NCBI GenBank assembly: GCA_050949565.1
Contig: JBMNFY010000017.1
Span: 64,001 to 128,000, forward strand
Source of the DNA: Kiritimatiellia bacterium
Lineage (GTDB): Bacteria > Verrucomicrobiota > Kiritimatiellia > RFP12 > UBA1067
Length of the DNA stretch: 64,000 bases
Direction of reading: 5' to 3'
Below, piece by piece: positions 51,549 to 61,783 of this stretch (positions are counted from its first letter, which is position 1; every line of letters begins with the position of its first letter). Made by a program: the position numbers and the translations under genes. Below the pieces are notes generated by a model that was given only the letters and a program-made list of their open reading frames with translations, was not told the origin of the DNA and did no database searches.

Positions 51549-52622
51549 ATGAAACGATCAATTTCCATCCTGTGGCTGGCCCTGCTGGTCGGACTCGTCG
51601 TGCTCGCGGCCTGGCAGAGCCGCCGTTTGGCAGAGGTGCGGCGCGAGCGGTTGCCGGAGTCCTATACGGGGGCGACCTCAGATGTGCCGCCTGCGATCAC
51701 CTTCGTGATGGTCGGTCTGGGCGGCTTTCGCGGCGTGGTCTCTGAAGTGCTCTGGTTTCGCGCCAACCGGCTGCAAGAGGCGGGGCGCTATTTCGAACTC
51801 GTGCAACTTGCCGACTGGCTGACGATGCTCGACCCGCACGCCTCAGAAGCCTGGGTCTACAACGCATGGAATCTCGCCTACAACGTCAGCGTGATGATGG
51901 GACGGCCTGAAGACCGCCTGCGTTGGGTTTTGAACGGGATCGCGCTGCTGCGGGATGAAGGCTTGCGTTTCAATCCGCGCGATGCACGCCTCTATCGCGA
52001 ACTGGCCTGGTTTTATCAGAACAAAGTGGGAGATGTGCTAGACAGCGCGCACCTCACGTACAAGACGGCTCTCGCGCGTCAACTCGCGCCCTGCGTCAAC
52101 ACCAACGGCACGGTTCACGTCACCCCCGAAAACCGTGAGCGATTATCCGCGCTGCGTCTGGATGCCGACCGGATGGTCGCTTTGGAACAGCGCTTCGGGC
52201 CACTGGACTGGCGGCTGGCAAACTCTCATGCGATCTATTGGGCCGCGCAAGGGCTTGAGTTCGCCACCGGCCACGAACGCCTGATGTCCCGGCGCGCCGT
52301 TTACCAGCCCCTGATCCTCAGCGTCGCCAACGGCCGCCTGGCCGACGACATCGAAGCCCAGCAGTGGAAAACAGCCCCCAATCTGGATCTCGCCCTGCCG
52401 ACCGCCGAATTTCTCATGGACACCTACCGCAACCACCCTTCGGCAACCATGAAGATGGTGACCCGGCGTTTTCTCTCGCATGCCATCTATGACCTACACC
52501 GAAACAGACGCGAGGACGAAGCGCGACAGCTTTTCGCGCACTTGGTCGCCTTGCCATCCGAGTCCAAGCGTCAGCCTTCTTTCGAGGACGTGATTAAAAA
52601 AGTCGAGCAACGCTATGAATAA
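51549..52622 (+). CDS. Conserved hypothetical helical protein
   Basis: N-terminal TM, LGGFRG, AWNLAYNVS; overlaps next gene. Confidence 0.7.
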   Translation: MKRSISILWLALLVGLVVLAAWQSRRLAEVRRERLPESYTGATSDVPPAITFVMVGLGGFRGVVSEVLWFRANRLQEAGRYFELVQLADWLTMLDPHASEAWVYNAWNLAYNVSVMMGRPEDRLRWVLNGIALLRDEGLRFNPRDARLYRELAWFYQNKVGDVLDSAHLTYKTALARQLAPCVNTNGTVHVTPENRERLSALRLDADRMVALEQRFGPLDWRLANSHAIYWAAQGLEFATGHERLMSRRAVYQPLILSVANGRLADDIEAQQWKTAPNLDLALPTAEFLMDTYRNHPSATMKMVTRRFLSHAIYDLHRNRREDEARQLFAHLVALPSESKRQPSFEDVIKKVEQRYE

Positions 52623-53706
52623 TCATCCCCGTATCATGTTCAGACTGGCGGCACTGGCGACGTTCTTGCCGCTCCTTCTTGTTGCAAAGGTGCCAGAAGA
52701 AGCGCGTTTGCGGGCCGCCAGTGAAGCCCTGCTGCAAACACCGTTGAGCGTACCGAATCTTCACATTCTCTCTGAGTATGTGCGCAACAGCGACAACCCG
52801 CCCGCTTTGCGCAGTCGCGCTATGGCGGCTTACGCCATGGCCTTGCTCTTGCAGGGCAACACGAACAACTTTGTCCGGGCGCAACAAGCGCATCGGGCGG
52901 CCTACCCCGATGATGCCCAACTCATTCCCCTTACCGCCGAGCACTACTCCGTCCCGTGCGATGCCTGCAACGGAACGGGACGGCGCGAAAAGGCGGTCTG
53001 TCCTCAGTGCTTCGGACGCGGCTCCCAATTTCAACTGAGCCCACTTGTCGCCCAAACGTACCAAAAACGTCTGGGCGAGATCGTCGCGCAATGCCGGGAA
53101 AACGCCGAATACGCCGAAAAGTTTCGGGAGGCCACAAAGACATCGCACGATGACAAGCAAATCGAGTTGTTGCAAGCCCTCACCAACAGCTACCCCCACC
53201 GGACGGATCTCGCGCCCGCAATCGCCCTGCTCGACGATGCACTCGCAAAACGCGAGGTCCGTCTCCGCGCCGCGCAGGAGCAAGAGGAGCGTCGGCGCAT
53301 CGAACGCGAAGCAGCCGCATTGAAAGTACTTGCCCAAGGCCCAGACAGACCCCGCGCCATCCGGGAGTTGCGCACATACCTTGCCGCACACCCGAACGTT
53401 GCTCCTGCCTTGGAACTGCAAGCGGTGCTGGATGAACTGGTTGCCAAAGAAGAACAGCAGCAACGACTGAAAAAAATCGGGATCGGACTGGCAGTGTTGA
53501 CCGGATGTCTGTTCTTGATCTCCGTGATCCGCTTTTTCTCATTCTCTCGCCGCACCTCCTCCTCCTCGGGACCCTTGCCGGGCATGGACAAAATTGACAA
53601 GGCCGACTTCACGGATCCCCTCAGCCTGACGGCGCAAGACAGCCTGACCCGCGCAAAATACAAGACTGCCCGCATCCCTCGCGAGGAAGCCGGGGTTGAG
53701 GACTAA
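52615..53706 (+). CDS. Hypothetical membrane protein with CxxCxGxG zinc-finger pair
   Basis: Signal peptide; CDACNGTG...CPQCFGRG; coiled coil; C-terminal TM. Confidence 0.7.
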   Translation: MNNHPRIMFRLAALATFLPLLLVAKVPEEARLRAASEALLQTPLSVPNLHILSEYVRNSDNPPALRSRAMAAYAMALLLQGNTNNFVRAQQAHRAAYPDDAQLIPLTAEHYSVPCDACNGTGRREKAVCPQCFGRGSQFQLSPLVAQTYQKRLGEIVAQCRENAEYAEKFREATKTSHDDKQIELLQALTNSYPHRTDLAPAIALLDDALAKREVRLRAAQEQEERRRIEREAAALKVLAQGPDRPRAIRELRTYLAAHPNVAPALELQAVLDELVAKEEQQQRLKKIGIGLAVLTGCLFLISVIRFFSFSRRTSSSSGPLPGMDKIDKADFTDPLSLTAQDSLTRAKYKTARIPREEAGVED

Positions 53707-53820
53707 ACGTGAAGCAAAGCCAACCGCTTATCGCCTTGTCGTGGCCTTTGTCCCCCTGTTACACTGGAAGGCGATTCATCCCGGCGGAGCCTTTGTGCCG
53801 GGCATGCTTTTGGAGGAGAG

Positions 53821-55089
53821 ATGAAAACAACGCATGACACGGTCGTGATTCTGGATTTTGGCGCCATTAACAGTCAGGCCGCCGCTAAAATTGTTCGTTC
53901 GCTCAAGGTGTATTGCGAGGTGTTGCCCTACACGGCACCGGCCGAGCGAATCGCCGCGCTGAAGCCCAAGGCGATCATCCTGCAACGCGGCGCGACCTGC
54001 GGCGAAGCCACGCTGGGACGCACCCCCACCGCCGACCCCGCCGCGTTCGGTGTGCCGGTGCTCGATCTCAATGACCTGCCGTGCGACACGGCAACCATCG
54101 AACCCTTCCTGCTCAAGCAGTGCGGCCTGCGGCAGGATTGGACGATCGAGGCTTTTATCGCGGATGCTATCGCCGATATCCGCGAGACGGTCGGCGACCG
54201 CAAGGTGCTGCTGGCGATGTCGGGCGGCGTCGATTCCTCGGTCTGCGCGGTGTTGGTCCACCGTGCAATCGGCGATCAACTCACCTGTGTCTTTGTCGAC
54301 CACGGCCTGATGCGTAAGGATGAACCCGAGGAGGTCGCCCGGGTTTTCCGCGATGGCTTCGGTATCGCGCTGCGCCACGTCAACGCCGAGCGCCGGTTCC
54401 TGAACAAGCTGGCCGGTATCACCGATCCGGAACGCAAACGCATGATCATCGGCGAGGAGTTCATCCGCGTGTTCGAGGAGGAGGCACGTGCCGCAGGTGC
54501 ACCCGATTTTCTGGTACAAGGCACGATCTATCCCGACATCATCGAGAGCGGCGGCGAAGGCGGCAAGTCGGTCAAAGCGCACCATAACGTCGGTGGGCTA
54601 CCCAAAAACATCGACTTCAAAGGACTGCTGGAGCCGATCAAATACCTGTTCAAAGACGAAGTCCGCCAAGTCGCGCTGGCGCTGGGCATCCCCGCTTCAA
54701 TCGCCATGCGCCAACCGTTCCCCGGCCCTGGTCTGGCTGTGCGCTGTATCGGCGAACTAACCAAGGAGAAGCTCGACATCCTGCGTGAGGTCGACGCGAT
54801 CTTCCGTCAGGCGATCGTCGACAACGGACTTGAGAAGCAAGCCAGCCAGTACTTCGCAGCGCTGACCGGCAACCGCTCGGTCGGCGTCACCGACGGTGCG
54901 CGCACCTACGCCTACACGGCGGCACTGCGCGCGGTGCAAACCACCGACTTCATGACCGCACGGTTCGTCAAGATTCCGATGGACATCCTTGAGAAAATCT
55001 CGGAGCAGATCACGACCAACGTGCCGCAGGTCAACCGCGTGGTGTACGACATCACCAGCAAGCCGCCTGCCACCATCGAGTGGGAGTGA
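53821..55089 (+). CDS. guaA: GMP synthase with truncated glutamine amidotransferase domain
   Basis: SGGVDSS, QGTIYPDIIES, KAHHNVGG, PFPGPGL, KPPATIEWE; only 422 aa. Confidence 0.93.
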   Translation: MKTTHDTVVILDFGAINSQAAAKIVRSLKVYCEVLPYTAPAERIAALKPKAIILQRGATCGEATLGRTPTADPAAFGVPVLDLNDLPCDTATIEPFLLKQCGLRQDWTIEAFIADAIADIRETVGDRKVLLAMSGGVDSSVCAVLVHRAIGDQLTCVFVDHGLMRKDEPEEVARVFRDGFGIALRHVNAERRFLNKLAGITDPERKRMIIGEEFIRVFEEEARAAGAPDFLVQGTIYPDIIESGGEGGKSVKAHHNVGGLPKNIDFKGLLEPIKYLFKDEVRQVALALGIPASIAMRQPFPGPGLAVRCIGELTKEKLDILREVDAIFRQAIVDNGLEKQASQYFAALTGNRSVGVTDGARTYAYTAALRAVQTTDFMTARFVKIPMDILEKISEQITTNVPQVNRVVYDITSKPPATIEWE

Positions 55090-55126
55090 GCACGGGCGTC
55101 CTCGCCCGCAACAGCATGTCTTGCAA

Positions 55127-55680
55127 AAGGATAGTTTCAGGGTTCATTGCGGAGCACCGGGAGGGGCAAGTGTCACTTGCCCGCAGCGGCGCATGCGCCG
55201 CCCACGCCCGCAGTACCGGCAGTGCCCACAGTCCCCGCAGCAATCTGGAGTGCGCGGGGCGCGGCACCACACTCCAAAATCTGGACGCAAAACTTGGAGT
55301 GCGGCGGCAAGCGGTATCCCGCGCGACGCCGCTTTCTTCAGCGTCCGGCGTTCAGAAGCGGCGGCGGTCACGCCGCCCGGACGAGCAGACGCTCGTCCCT
55401 CCCGGCGCTCCGCGAGACGAATCGTGGGCTGGAGGGCGAGTGTCCCCACGAGCCGCCCTTCCGCTGTGCGGAAGGATATTTCGGGGTTCATTGCGGAGCA
55501 CCGGGAGGGGCAAGTGTCACTTGCCCGCGGCGGCGCTCCGCGCCGCCCCCACCCGCAGCACCCGCAGTCCCGGCAGCACCCCCCCAAAAAAATCTGCGTA
55601 ATCTGTGGGTGCTCAAAAACCCGAGCCATGCACCCCCCAAAAAAATCTCTGCGCCTCCGCGTCTCTGCGTTAAAAAAACG
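55127..55680. repeat. Intergenic mosaic repeat region between convergent genes
   Basis: ~65-bp direct repeat (about 55127-55192 and 55472-55536) with palindrome GGGCAAGTGTCACTTGCCC; GGAGGGCGAGTGTCCCCACGAGCC; CTCTGCG triplet. Confidence 0.85.
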
Positions 55681-55697
55681 CTCACCTTCCCGCGCGC

Positions 55698-57686
55698 TCA
55701 GACGAGCCGCTCTTGGGCTGCTTCCTGCTCGTGCTGGAGACGCTCCAAGTCTGAGGCGTCGCGTTCCCACTCTTCAGAAAACACCTCGATCTGATCCTGC
55801 ACCACCTTGAGGCGTTTGTTCGTCGCCGCGAAATCCGTGTCGGGTTCGGGGTTGAACAAGATACCGGAGAGCGTCTCAAGTTCGGCTTCCAACTCGGTGA
55901 TGCGCGCTTCGGTTTTGGCGACCTTCTCCTTCAACGCCCGGATCTTCGGTTGCAGCTTGGCGCGCGCTTGAGCACGCGCACGCCGCAAATCCTTGGCACT
56001 GACCGGCGCGTCTCCCTCTTCCGTTTGGGCAGCCTGTGTAGACGCACCGGACGGTGATTCGTCACGATTCTCGTCGGCAATTTTTTCGCGATAGTAGTCG
56101 TAGCCGCCGGGAAAACGCCGCACGCCTGCGGGCGAGATTTCGATGATCGACGTGACCGTGTTGCGCACGAACTCAATATCGTGACTCACCAGACAAACCG
56201 TGCCGTCATACTCCCGGAGCGCCTTTTCCAGCGTGGCACGTCCTTCGAGATCCAAGTGCGTGGTGGGTTCGTCCAGCAGCATGAAATTCGGCGGCGCGAG
56301 AAACAAACGCAGAAAGGCGAGACGAATCCTCTCGCCGCCGCTGAGCACACCGGTCGGCTTGCCGATGTCATCCGCAGAAAAACCGAACGCGCCAAGCTGC
56401 GAGCGCAACTCGCGTTCAGTCGCCGCAGGCTTGCTCCGTTTGGCGCACTCGAAAACCGTGATCTCCGGCGGTATCGTTTCGGAAAATTCCTGTGAAAGGT
56501 AGCCCGGCACCACCTTGTGCCCCAGCGTGCAGGTGCCGGATGTGGGCGTGCGCACACCGGCCATGATGCGCAGAAGCGTGGTCTTGCCCATGCCGTTGTA
56601 ACCCACGACCGCGATTTTGTCGCCGCGTGCAATCGAGAGGTTGACATCGTGTAGCACATTACGCTGACCGTCGTACGAGAAACAGACCTGCTCCAGGCAC
56701 ACGATTTGCGCCCCGGCATGCGGTGCCGGTGCCAGCCGCAGATGACCGGCGGCCATACTGCGCTTGGGCAGAATGATCGCCTCCTCGTCCAGGCGTTCGA
56801 TCATCTTCATGCGGCTCTGCGCCTGAGAAGCTTTTGTGCTGGTCGCCTTGAAACGTTCGACAAAACGCTCAAGCTGTTCGCGCCGACGGTCTTGATTTTC
56901 CTTGGCAGCCAGCAAGTTGGCATGGCGGATCTCACGCTCGCGCAGATAGAAATCGAGATCGCCGTTGTAGCGCGTGGCCGTGTTCGCATCCACCTCGATC
57001 GTCGTGGTGGTCAGCGTACGTAGCAGGTAACGGTCATGCGAGATCAGCACCAGCGTGCCGTCATACGCGCGCAGAAAGCGTTGCAGCCACTCGACGGCAG
57101 GCAGGTCGAGATAGTTGGAAGGCTCGTCCAACAACAGCAGATCGGGCTTCGAAGCCAACACGCGCGAGAGTTCCGCGCGCATCTGCCAACCGCCGCTAAA
57201 ACTGGCGAAGGGCTTGTCGAACTCCTCGGCCGCAAAACCAAGTCCGCCGAGCGAGACCTTGACGCGGGTCTCGATCTCATAACCGCCGAGATGCTCGAAT
57301 GCGGTCTGCACCTCACCCAGACGCGCCAGCAGCCGCGCGCGTTCCGGTTCATCCGTCGCTGTCGCCAGCGACGCCCCGAGCGCGTGCAACTCGTGTTCCA
57401 TCTCAGCAAGTCCGGGTGTCCCGCGCAACGCATATTCAACCAGCGTCTCAGTCTCGGACTCCGCCTCAAGATGCTGACGGATATGCCCGATGCGCGGCGA
57501 CTGCTCAATGATGACCTCGCCAGCATCAGGATCAGCCTCGCCCAGAATCAGGCGGAAGAGCGTTGACTTGCCGGAGCCGTTGGGTCCGATGATCCCGATG
57601 CGCTCACCGGCATTGATACGAAAGTTGACCTCACTCAGAACCTGTTGCGTGCCATACCGCACGCCGATATTACGAAACTCAATCAC
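55698..57686 (-). CDS. ABC-F family ATP-binding protein
   Basis: Two ABC cassettes (GPNGSGKST/FSGGW/LLLDEP; GYNGMGKTT/LSGGE/LLDEP), no TM, C-terminal coiled coil. Confidence 0.95.
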   Translation of the reverse strand: MIEFRNIGVRYGTQQVLSEVNFRINAGERIGIIGPNGSGKSTLFRLILGEADPDAGEVIIEQSPRIGHIRQHLEAESETETLVEYALRGTPGLAEMEHELHALGASLATATDEPERARLLARLGEVQTAFEHLGGYEIETRVKVSLGGLGFAAEEFDKPFASFSGGWQMRAELSRVLASKPDLLLLDEPSNYLDLPAVEWLQRFLRAYDGTLVLISHDRYLLRTLTTTTIEVDANTATRYNGDLDFYLREREIRHANLLAAKENQDRRREQLERFVERFKATSTKASQAQSRMKMIERLDEEAIILPKRSMAAGHLRLAPAPHAGAQIVCLEQVCFSYDGQRNVLHDVNLSIARGDKIAVVGYNGMGKTTLLRIMAGVRTPTSGTCTLGHKVVPGYLSQEFSETIPPEITVFECAKRSKPAATERELRSQLGAFGFSADDIGKPTGVLSGGERIRLAFLRLFLAPPNFMLLDEPTTHLDLEGRATLEKALREYDGTVCLVSHDIEFVRNTVTSIIEISPAGVRRFPGGYDYYREKIADENRDESPSGASTQAAQTEEGDAPVSAKDLRRARAQARAKLQPKIRALKEKVAKTEARITELEAELETLSGILFNPEPDTDFAATNKRLKVVQDQIEVFSEEWERDASDLERLQHEQEAAQERLV

Positions 57687-57738
57687 GGGGAGGTATCATG
57701 CTAAAAAGTGACGCTGCTGACAATCGTATTCATCCAAC

Positions 57739-59673
57739 TCACCGATCGAAAACGACAAAGCATGCATCATGCGCACCGAGAAAAATTTTGGCGGTGACGC
57801 GCCCATCGGGGTCACGGCGGACATCGGTCTCCAGCAACTCGATCTCGCCAGTCGTTGGATCCCAGCGTTCGGGAGCGCCCTTTCCCGTGTCTCGAAAGGT
57901 GCAGGTCACGCTTCCCGGCTCAGCGTTCTCGTTCAAGAGATAATAGACCTCGTGCGCCGCTGTCCGCCGGTGCATGAAGCGCACCTGCATGCCCGGTGCG
58001 TCAGACTGCCAGACACAATCGGGCTTGAGCCCCGGCAACTCGCGCATGTTCGCAGGCAACACCACGCAGTTGGCTGTGCCTGAAAACCGTGCGACTGTCG
58101 TCGACTCGGAGGCGTCATCTTCCGCCATGAGCCAGACCCGCACACCACGTGACGCCAGCGTCCGCACCACGCGTTCGTCATCCGCGTGTCGCAGCGAAGC
58201 GGCGGCGACTGCCAACTCCGTGTACTCGCGTCCGGAAGCAAAGCGGATGCGCCCCTCTCTGACCGACGCGTCTGCCAGCATCGTGCCGTTCACGGCATCG
58301 CACGAATACGCGGCCAGCGAGGGCAACGGCTTTTCTGACCACACCAACAGATCCCCTGCTGGCGCCCCCTGCTGCAACATGACCTGACACCGATGCGCAT
58401 AGAGACAGCCGTCGCGAAGCTGCTTGAACACTGCTTCATCACTGGACAGCGCCCCGCCGACATCCAAGAGTATGCGTGTCGTGCCGTCGGCCAGCAGACG
58501 ATCCACCGCATGTTTCCACGGAAACGGCAGTAACACAGCCGCCGGTGAAGGCTCCGTTTCAAAGGGTGCCAGCCACCCCATCACGAAACGGCGACCCAGC
58601 GTCCGCGCCCCGCCTGCGGCAAGCCGATTGGAATCGCGCACCTCCTCTTTGGCGGAGGCGATGAGGATCGGTCGCCGGAAATACCGGGCCACCTCGACGG
58701 ACTCCACGGGCACCTCGTCGATCCGGATGGCGGCCTCCAGTCCGGCTTCATGCACGAGTTCATTCACGGTCTTGCCACAACGGTCGCGCCACAACTCCCT
58801 GAGTGTCCGCGCCGCGTGCTGCCGCACGAAAGCAGCGGTCGATCCACCTCCCACGGGTACCCCCGCCAACACAGGCAGATGCCGGAAAAGGTTTAAGCCG
58901 CTCCGCTTCAAAAACGCTTCCGGCATGTCAGGCGGCCATGCGTATTCCGTTTGAGGATGTCCGGAGAAGTGTACCCAGAGCAACGTGTTGCCGTATGTCC
59001 GCTCAAACTGTTTCTGAGTGGCAAAGAGCCATTGATTCACATGGCGGAAGAACGTCGTCTCGGAAAACGGATCAATGCGTTGCGGTTCCAATTCCACGCT
59101 CCCGAAACGGAAAACGCGCCACGCGCCGTTTGTCGGCAACGCCGTATCGGACAGGTCGATAAGCTGATGCGGTTGAAGATCGGAAGCACCATCGGGCACC
59201 GCCAGATGCGCCACACTGCGGTATGAGGGCGGTGGCGTAAAAATCTGCGGTATCGTTTCAACTGTGTTCGACGAAGCAGCTTGTACGGTCTCCTGACTCC
59301 ACACCAGCTTTCTGGCGCGCGGGACTTTTTCTGCGTCCTCCTTCGCGACGCAAAAATCACAGAGGCCGACATCCAGCCCCAATTGACGGGCCCGCTCCAG
59401 TGCCCGTTCCAAACCTTGCCATGCCGCCTCATCGACGGTCATCGGCACGGAGAGCAGCACCCCGCCCGCGCCGATGTCACGCGCGCGCTCAAGCTGCCGC
59501 TCCAGCCACTCCGCTTCGGCGGCGTCGCGCCGCACAGTAAGTGCCACACACACGCGCGTCACATTCTGCGGCGGAGTGCGGAACTGATCGTCAAGCTCGG
59601 TCGCACGCGCGGTTAATACCAGCGCGCCGATCCAGCAGACGCAAGAAAATAGGCTGTACGATGATTTCACCAC
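57739..59673 (-). CDS. Secreted glycosyl hydrolase-like protein (GH106 alpha-L-rhamnosidase-like, divergent)
   Basis: Signal peptide; FRTPP, F.KRSG.NL..HLPVL, R.MHRRT...EVYYLLN, PERWDPTTG. Confidence 0.6.
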   Translation of the reverse strand: MVKSSYSLFSCVCWIGALVLTARATELDDQFRTPPQNVTRVCVALTVRRDAAEAEWLERQLERARDIGAGGVLLSVPMTVDEAAWQGLERALERARQLGLDVGLCDFCVAKEDAEKVPRARKLVWSQETVQAASSNTVETIPQIFTPPPSYRSVAHLAVPDGASDLQPHQLIDLSDTALPTNGAWRVFRFGSVELEPQRIDPFSETTFFRHVNQWLFATQKQFERTYGNTLLWVHFSGHPQTEYAWPPDMPEAFLKRSGLNLFRHLPVLAGVPVGGGSTAAFVRQHAARTLRELWRDRCGKTVNELVHEAGLEAAIRIDEVPVESVEVARYFRRPILIASAKEEVRDSNRLAAGGARTLGRRFVMGWLAPFETEPSPAAVLLPFPWKHAVDRLLADGTTRILLDVGGALSSDEAVFKQLRDGCLYAHRCQVMLQQGAPAGDLLVWSEKPLPSLAAYSCDAVNGTMLADASVREGRIRFASGREYTELAVAAASLRHADDERVVRTLASRGVRVWLMAEDDASESTTVARFSGTANCVVLPANMRELPGLKPDCVWQSDAPGMQVRFMHRRTAAHEVYYLLNENAEPGSVTCTFRDTGKGAPERWDPTTGEIELLETDVRRDPDGRVTAKIFLGAHDACFVVFDR

Positions 59674-59861
59674 GCCACCAGTTTAGCAGATTAGGGGGCA
59701 TTGAACACGGCAGAACAAGTAGGATTTAGGAATTAGGAATTAGGAATTTTAACGCAGAAGCGCAGAGACGCAGAGTTTTTTGAGGGGCGCCGCGAAGCGC
59801 GGTAGCGCGCTCCCAGACAAACCAATGCACTAATTAACTTGGGTTGCGGGCTTCGCCCGCG

Positions 59862-60116
59862 TTAGTAGTGGCCTCTGCACTGGACGATCTCCACGGCACC
59901 GTCCTTTATCCGGTAGACAAGCCGGTGGGTATCGTCTATACGTCGCGACCACCAACCGGAAAGGTCGCCTTTCAATGGCTCTGGTTTGCCGATGCCGTCG
60001 TAAGACGACCGTTGGATATCCCGGACAAGCTGGTTGACGCGCCTCAAGGTCTTGCTGTTCTGGCCCTGCCAGTACAGGTAGTCCTCCCACGCCTCATCGG
60101 TCCACAGCAGGTGCAT
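59862..60116 (-). CDS. yoeB: Txe/YoeB family toxin
   Basis: WEDYLYWQ...GIGKPEPLKGDLSGWWSRRIDDTHRLVY...CRGHY. Confidence 0.95.
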   Translation of the reverse strand: MHLLWTDEAWEDYLYWQGQNSKTLRRVNQLVRDIQRSSYDGIGKPEPLKGDLSGWWSRRIDDTHRLVYRIKDGAVEIVQCRGHY

Positions 60117-60117
60117 C

Positions 60118-60375
60118 TCACTCCTCGATCAGCTCGTGTCTCTCCAGTTCTCCCGCCTCGGCTTTCGCGATGGAACTGTGCAGACGGGCTACGTTTCTGT
60201 CGCAGTAGAACGGATCAGCGATCTCGAACGGAATCTTGCCCAACCTGAGCGACTGGCGGACGAAAATGTTGAAAGCCGTCGTCAGGTTCATTCCGAGTTC
60301 CTTGAATAAAATCTCGGCGTCTTCCTTGATCTCGCGGTCAAGCCGTAACGTGACATTCACAGTGTCGTTGCGCAT
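60118..60375 (-). CDS. RelB/DinJ family antitoxin
   Basis: VTLRLDREIKEDAEILFKELGMNLTTAFNIFVRQSL...IPFEI.DPFY. Confidence 0.92.
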   Translation of the reverse strand: MRNDTVNVTLRLDREIKEDAEILFKELGMNLTTAFNIFVRQSLRLGKIPFEIADPFYCDRNVARLHSSIAKAEAGELERHELIEE

Positions 60376-60407
60376 GAGTTTTCTCCTCAGTTGCCGTCAT
60401 TATTCCA

Positions 60408-60427
60408 TTGATACGCGTGCATATCAA
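60408..60427. promoter_or_regulatory. Putative antitoxin operator
   Basis: Inverted repeat TTGATA-N8-TATCAA just upstream of the antitoxin start. Confidence 0.5.
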
Positions 60428-60680
60428 GTGCAATATATGCGCAATACACTAGTTTTTTTTCGCGCACGTAGAGGTTCTTAGAGTAATGCTGCTCAGGTTT
60501 TTATCCACAGATGGGCACAGACTACGCAGATTTTTTTGGGGGCAGGACCGGCCGCAAGTCGCGGGTCGCGAGTCAACCTCTCTTATTGCGACCACGCAGT
60601 GGCTCGCAATCGTGAGAGTAAAAGCATTGCTCGGCCCTTCACGCGAAGGCGCGAAGGCGCGAAGCTTGGTGTGTGGCGGC

Positions 60681-60826
60681 TTGCGGAGCGTCGGGAGGGA
60701 CAAGTGTCACTTGTCCGGGCCGCGTTATGCGCGGCAAAAGTCGTACACCGTGCAGCGTTTCATGTTCACGCACGAACAAGGCGCACTGATCCCGATAGCG
60801 ATACCGATTCCGATACCGATTCGCAC
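60681..60826 (+). repeat. Direct repeat A copy 1 (copy 2 at 61641-61765), flanking the PIN TA pair
   Basis: TTGCGGAGCG.CGGGAGGGACAAGTGTCACTTGTCCGGGCCGCG.TATGCGCGGCAAAAG...(CCGAT)n. Confidence 0.88.
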
Positions 60827-60859
60827 GCCCCCCAATTGCATTGTCCTGACGTTCGGTCT

Positions 60860-61273
60860 CTATTGATTTGCAAGCGTGTTTAGGAAAGACGCGGGGGTCA
60901 GCACGGATACGCGGCCGATGGCCGAGCGCGGGAAATGCCGGACATTGCCAGTGACCAGCGGGGCACCGAGCGCAGCAGCCGCCTCAAGAAAGATAATGTC
61001 ATCGGGATCGGGCAGAGGTGTTTTGAGCGGAAACGGAGTATACGGCGCGACCAGAGCGCACGCCCGGATGGCATCAAGCAGGAGTTGGACGTCGTCGGTG
61101 GAGAAGCGGAACTTCGGGCGACAAAGCACCTCTTCGTATTCCGCCAGAATGCCATCGGTGAGCACGGGCCGACAAACCCCGTCCAAAATGGCGTCGAGGA
61201 TGCGTCCCGGCGGACCGCCGGGTGTGAGTATGCCCGACACTACAACATTGGTGTCGAAGACGGCGGCGATCAC
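60860..61273 (-). CDS. PIN-domain toxin
   Basis: AVFDTNVVVSG, ILAEYEEVL.RPKF, PDPDD..FLE, LVTGN.RHFP. Confidence 0.92.
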   Translation of the reverse strand: MIAAVFDTNVVVSGILTPGGPPGRILDAILDGVCRPVLTDGILAEYEEVLCRPKFRFSTDDVQLLLDAIRACALVAPYTPFPLKTPLPDPDDIIFLEAAAALGAPLVTGNVRHFPRSAIGRVSVLTPASFLNTLANQ

Positions 61274-61572
61274 GTCTGCCCTTGCCGCGCGCGGCGGGCG
61301 TTACGCGCCGCGCGGATTTCGCCTTCGATTTCGGCAGGTGTCATTGCCGCCACGCCGTTGCGGCGGCTTGTCTGCCGCAGATCGGACAGTGCCAGCCGAG
61401 CGCGCGCCAGCCGTACTGCTTCGACCAGACGTTCGGGAGACTCGCCCTCGGCGAGATTGACCAGCAGGGCCATGGGTTGCCCATTGTTGGTGACCAGCGC
61501 CGTTCCGTATGCGGCGAGCTTCTCCCGGACGAGCTTGGGTGCCTTGAGATCCTTAATGGCCAGATAGTTCAT
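61270..61572 (-). CDS. Phd/YefM-like antitoxin
   Basis: LVTNNGQPMALL; MT..EI..EI.A.R; overlaps the PIN gene start. Confidence 0.8.
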   Translation of the reverse strand: MNYLAIKDLKAPKLVREKLAAYGTALVTNNGQPMALLVNLAEGESPERLVEAVRLARARLALSDLRQTSRRNGVAAMTPAEIEGEIRAARNARRARQGQT

Positions 61573-61783
61573 GGGGACATGATAATCTGATTATCAGGAG
61601 ATTGTCAAGGCCGCCACAACGTTCGGATGAGTATGGCGACTTGCGGAGCGCCGGGAGGGACAAGTGTCACTTGTCCGGGCCGCGCTATGCGCGGCAAAAG
61701 CCGTACACCGCGCAGCGGTTCACGTTCACGTACGGACGAGGCACCGATCCCGATACCGATCCGCAAGCCTGGCGCAAGAATTT

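Noticed and set aside
55080-55810. Short ORFs over repeat regions (also 4667..4982, 60449..60883, 63284..63613)
   Set aside because: Translations of repeat modules; the same peptides recur wherever the repeats occur.
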